Source: the human T2T-CHM13v2.0 reference genome, Homo sapiens. Taken from it: a stretch of DNA of 64,000 nucleotides. Under the pieces are notes generated by a model, which saw only the letters and a program-made list of their open reading frames with translations, was not told the DNA's origin and searched no databases. The DNA is taken from NCBI RefSeq assembly GCF_009914755.1, contig NC_060932.1. One strand, 5' to 3'. The number at the start of each line of letters is the position of its first letter. Position 1 is the stretch's first letter. Position numbers and translations under genes: made by a program. This document shows, piece after piece, positions 61,896 to 64,000 of this stretch.

Positions 61896-62349
61896 CATCT
61901 TGCACTTTTATGTTATGGACATGACTTCTTAAATCTCATGAACCAACCTCTGCTAGTTTCAAACTTTTCTTCTGCAGCTTCCTCACATCTCTCAGCCTTC
62001 ATAGAATTGAAGAGAGTTAGGACATTGCTCCGGGTTAGGCTTTGGCTTAAGATACTGTTGTAGCTGGTTTTATCCTCTATTGAGACCACAAAAATTTTCT
62101 CCATATCAGTAATAAGGCTATTTTGCTTTCTTATCATTTGTGTGTTCATTAGAGTAGAACTTTCAATTTCCTTCAAGAACCTTTCCTTCGCATTCACAAC
62201 TTAGCCAACTGTTTGATGCAAGACACCTAGCTTTCATCCCATCTCAGCTTTCAACATGCCTTCTTCTTACTCAGCATAATCATTTCTAGCTTTTGATTAA
62301 AGTGAGAGATGTATGAAATTTCCTTTCACTTGAACACTTAGATGACATT

Positions 62350-62722
62350 GTAAGATTATTTTTTTCTAATTTAACCGAGTTTAATTCAAAAAAGGGTAAT
62401 TCAAGATTGGGCTGTCTCCCAGGCCAGAATGCTTTCAGAGACATTGTGGCACTTCCACGTGGTTAGAGAAGATTTCTGGGAAGAACAAGGAAAGTGAATG
62501 CAAAAACTGAAGTGAGGTACAGAAACAGCTGGACTGGTTACAGCTTGGGGTGTTTGCCTTATTTGAACAGCTGGCTGACTGTGATTGGCTGAAACTCCAT
62601 GATTGGCATAAGAGTAGGTTACAGTCTGTTTAGATGTCCAGTTAGGATACAGTTTATTATGTATGAGAAACCTTTAGGCCAAAATTACATGGAGGCAGCT
62701 TTAGGCTAAACTTAATGTAACA
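62350..62722 (-). mobile_element. ERV1 solo LTR, MER93/MER57-like, nested in Tigger1
   Basis: GAAGTGAGGTACAGAAACAGCTGGACTGGTTACAGC..GGAGGCAGCTTTAGGCTAAACTTAATGTAACA; Tigger1 resumes at CCATTGCAGGG. Confidence 0.75.
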
Positions 62723-64000
62723 ACCATTGCAGGGTTACTAATTGGACTGATTTCAATGTTGTTGTTTCTCAGGGAACAGGGAGGCTTCAGGAGAGGGGGC
62801 GAGATGAGGGAAGGGCCAATAGGTGGAAGGACCAGGACATAAACATTTAGGGATTAAGTTCCCTATCTTACGTGAGCATGGTTTTTGGTGCCCCAAAACC
62901 ATTAAAATATCATCCAAGTTCACTGATCACAGATTACAATAACAGACATAATCATGAGGAAATGTTTGAAATATTGTGAGAATTACCAAAATGTGACATA
63001 GAGACATGAAGTGAGCACGCAGTGTTGGAAAAATGGCACGGACAGACTTTGCATAGACTTGCTCAATGCAGGGTTGCTGCAAACCTTCCACTTTTTTCTT
63101 TTCCTTTTTTTTTTTTTTTTTTTAACAAAAAGGCAGTATCTATGAACCACAATAAAATAAGATATGCCTGTAAATCACTGTCTTTTAGTTGGAATAATGC
63201 ATGGTTCTCAGGGGACCTAAAAACAGTTTCTGGGCTAGAAATTTGGCTGAGATAGTAAGGAAAACCTGAAATAATATTTTAGAGTAAAGCAAGATCAATA
63301 AACAGAGTTAGAATTCAAATCTGGCACAATTCGATGTGGAACCAGGTCCTCCTTATAGCACCCAGCCATCCCTCTTTCATGGTGCCTGTTTCAGCCTGAG
63401 ACACAATACGGATGTTCACTAAGGAAGGGACTATAACGTAGGCTCCTTGTGTTTCCATTAGATGAATCAGTAACACGCAGAGTTGCTGGTACATTCTGTA
63501 GTTCTTTGCACTAAAAATTTTCACTACCCTTAAGATTTAAAATAGACCACTATCAGAAGGTTTTCACCTGGACATAGTAACTCCTAATAATTGCCCTGAC
63601 AAATTTCAAAAGAAGATCAATTCTCTAACATATAGGAGAGAAGAAAAGCTTACATCAACCTGGGAAGGGTAGCAACCTCTTTCTTTACTTCTTCATTCCT
63701 TCAATGTGTATTTACAGGGCATCTATTATATACCTAATACTTTGATAAACTGTAGGAATAAACCAGTGAATAAGTCAGATGTGTTTCAACATATGAGGCT
63801 TACATCTGATAAAGAAGACAAAAACCAGTAGCAATATTAAAAGGAATATTCATAATTGATCCAATGGATCTACTCAAAAATGGCTGTGGGTTTTTCTAGG
63901 GAGTGTTTGTCCTCTGTAATAGGAAGACACAGTGACACAGCCATTCCTTCTTTTAACAAAATTTATTCACCATCTACTGAGCACCAGGCACTGTGTTTTT

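Larger units (their letters stand above)
60297..63170 (-). mobile_element. Tigger1 DNA transposon, near full-length, with nested U5 retrocopy and LTR
   Basis: TIRs CAGGCATACCT / AGATATGCCTG flanked by TA on both sides; transposase fragments ([47 protein letters not shown]). Confidence 0.95.

Overview
Primate (hominoid-type: AluY, L1PA3) genomic DNA, AT-rich and made almost entirely of interspersed repeats. I recognise no host protein-coding gene; nearly all ORFs in the track are L1, HERVL, Tigger1 or Alu fragments. Main elements: a 5'-truncated L1PA7-like copy (+), a full-length but frameshifted L1PA3-like copy (-) with TSDs, a two-LTR HERVL/MLT2A2 provirus (-) with TSD and Leu PBS, two near full-length Tigger1 copies in opposite orientation, several solo LTRs, ten Alus plus one duplicated partial Alu copy, and older L1M/L2/MIR/MER fragments. 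The best signals are structural: (i) a probable ancient L1PB 3' transduction of ~2.5 kb bracketed by a 14-bp TSD, (ii) two 250-420 bp locally templated insertions with microhomology junctions, one built from two donors, plus two small templated scars, (iii) a tailless U5 snRNA retrocopy inside Tigger1, (iv) an L1 ORF0 frame open for 187 codons into flanking DNA beside a mutated YY1 site. I found no evidence for a new multi-gene biological system. Subfamily names are from remembered consensus motifs and need RepeatMasker/Dfam confirmation.
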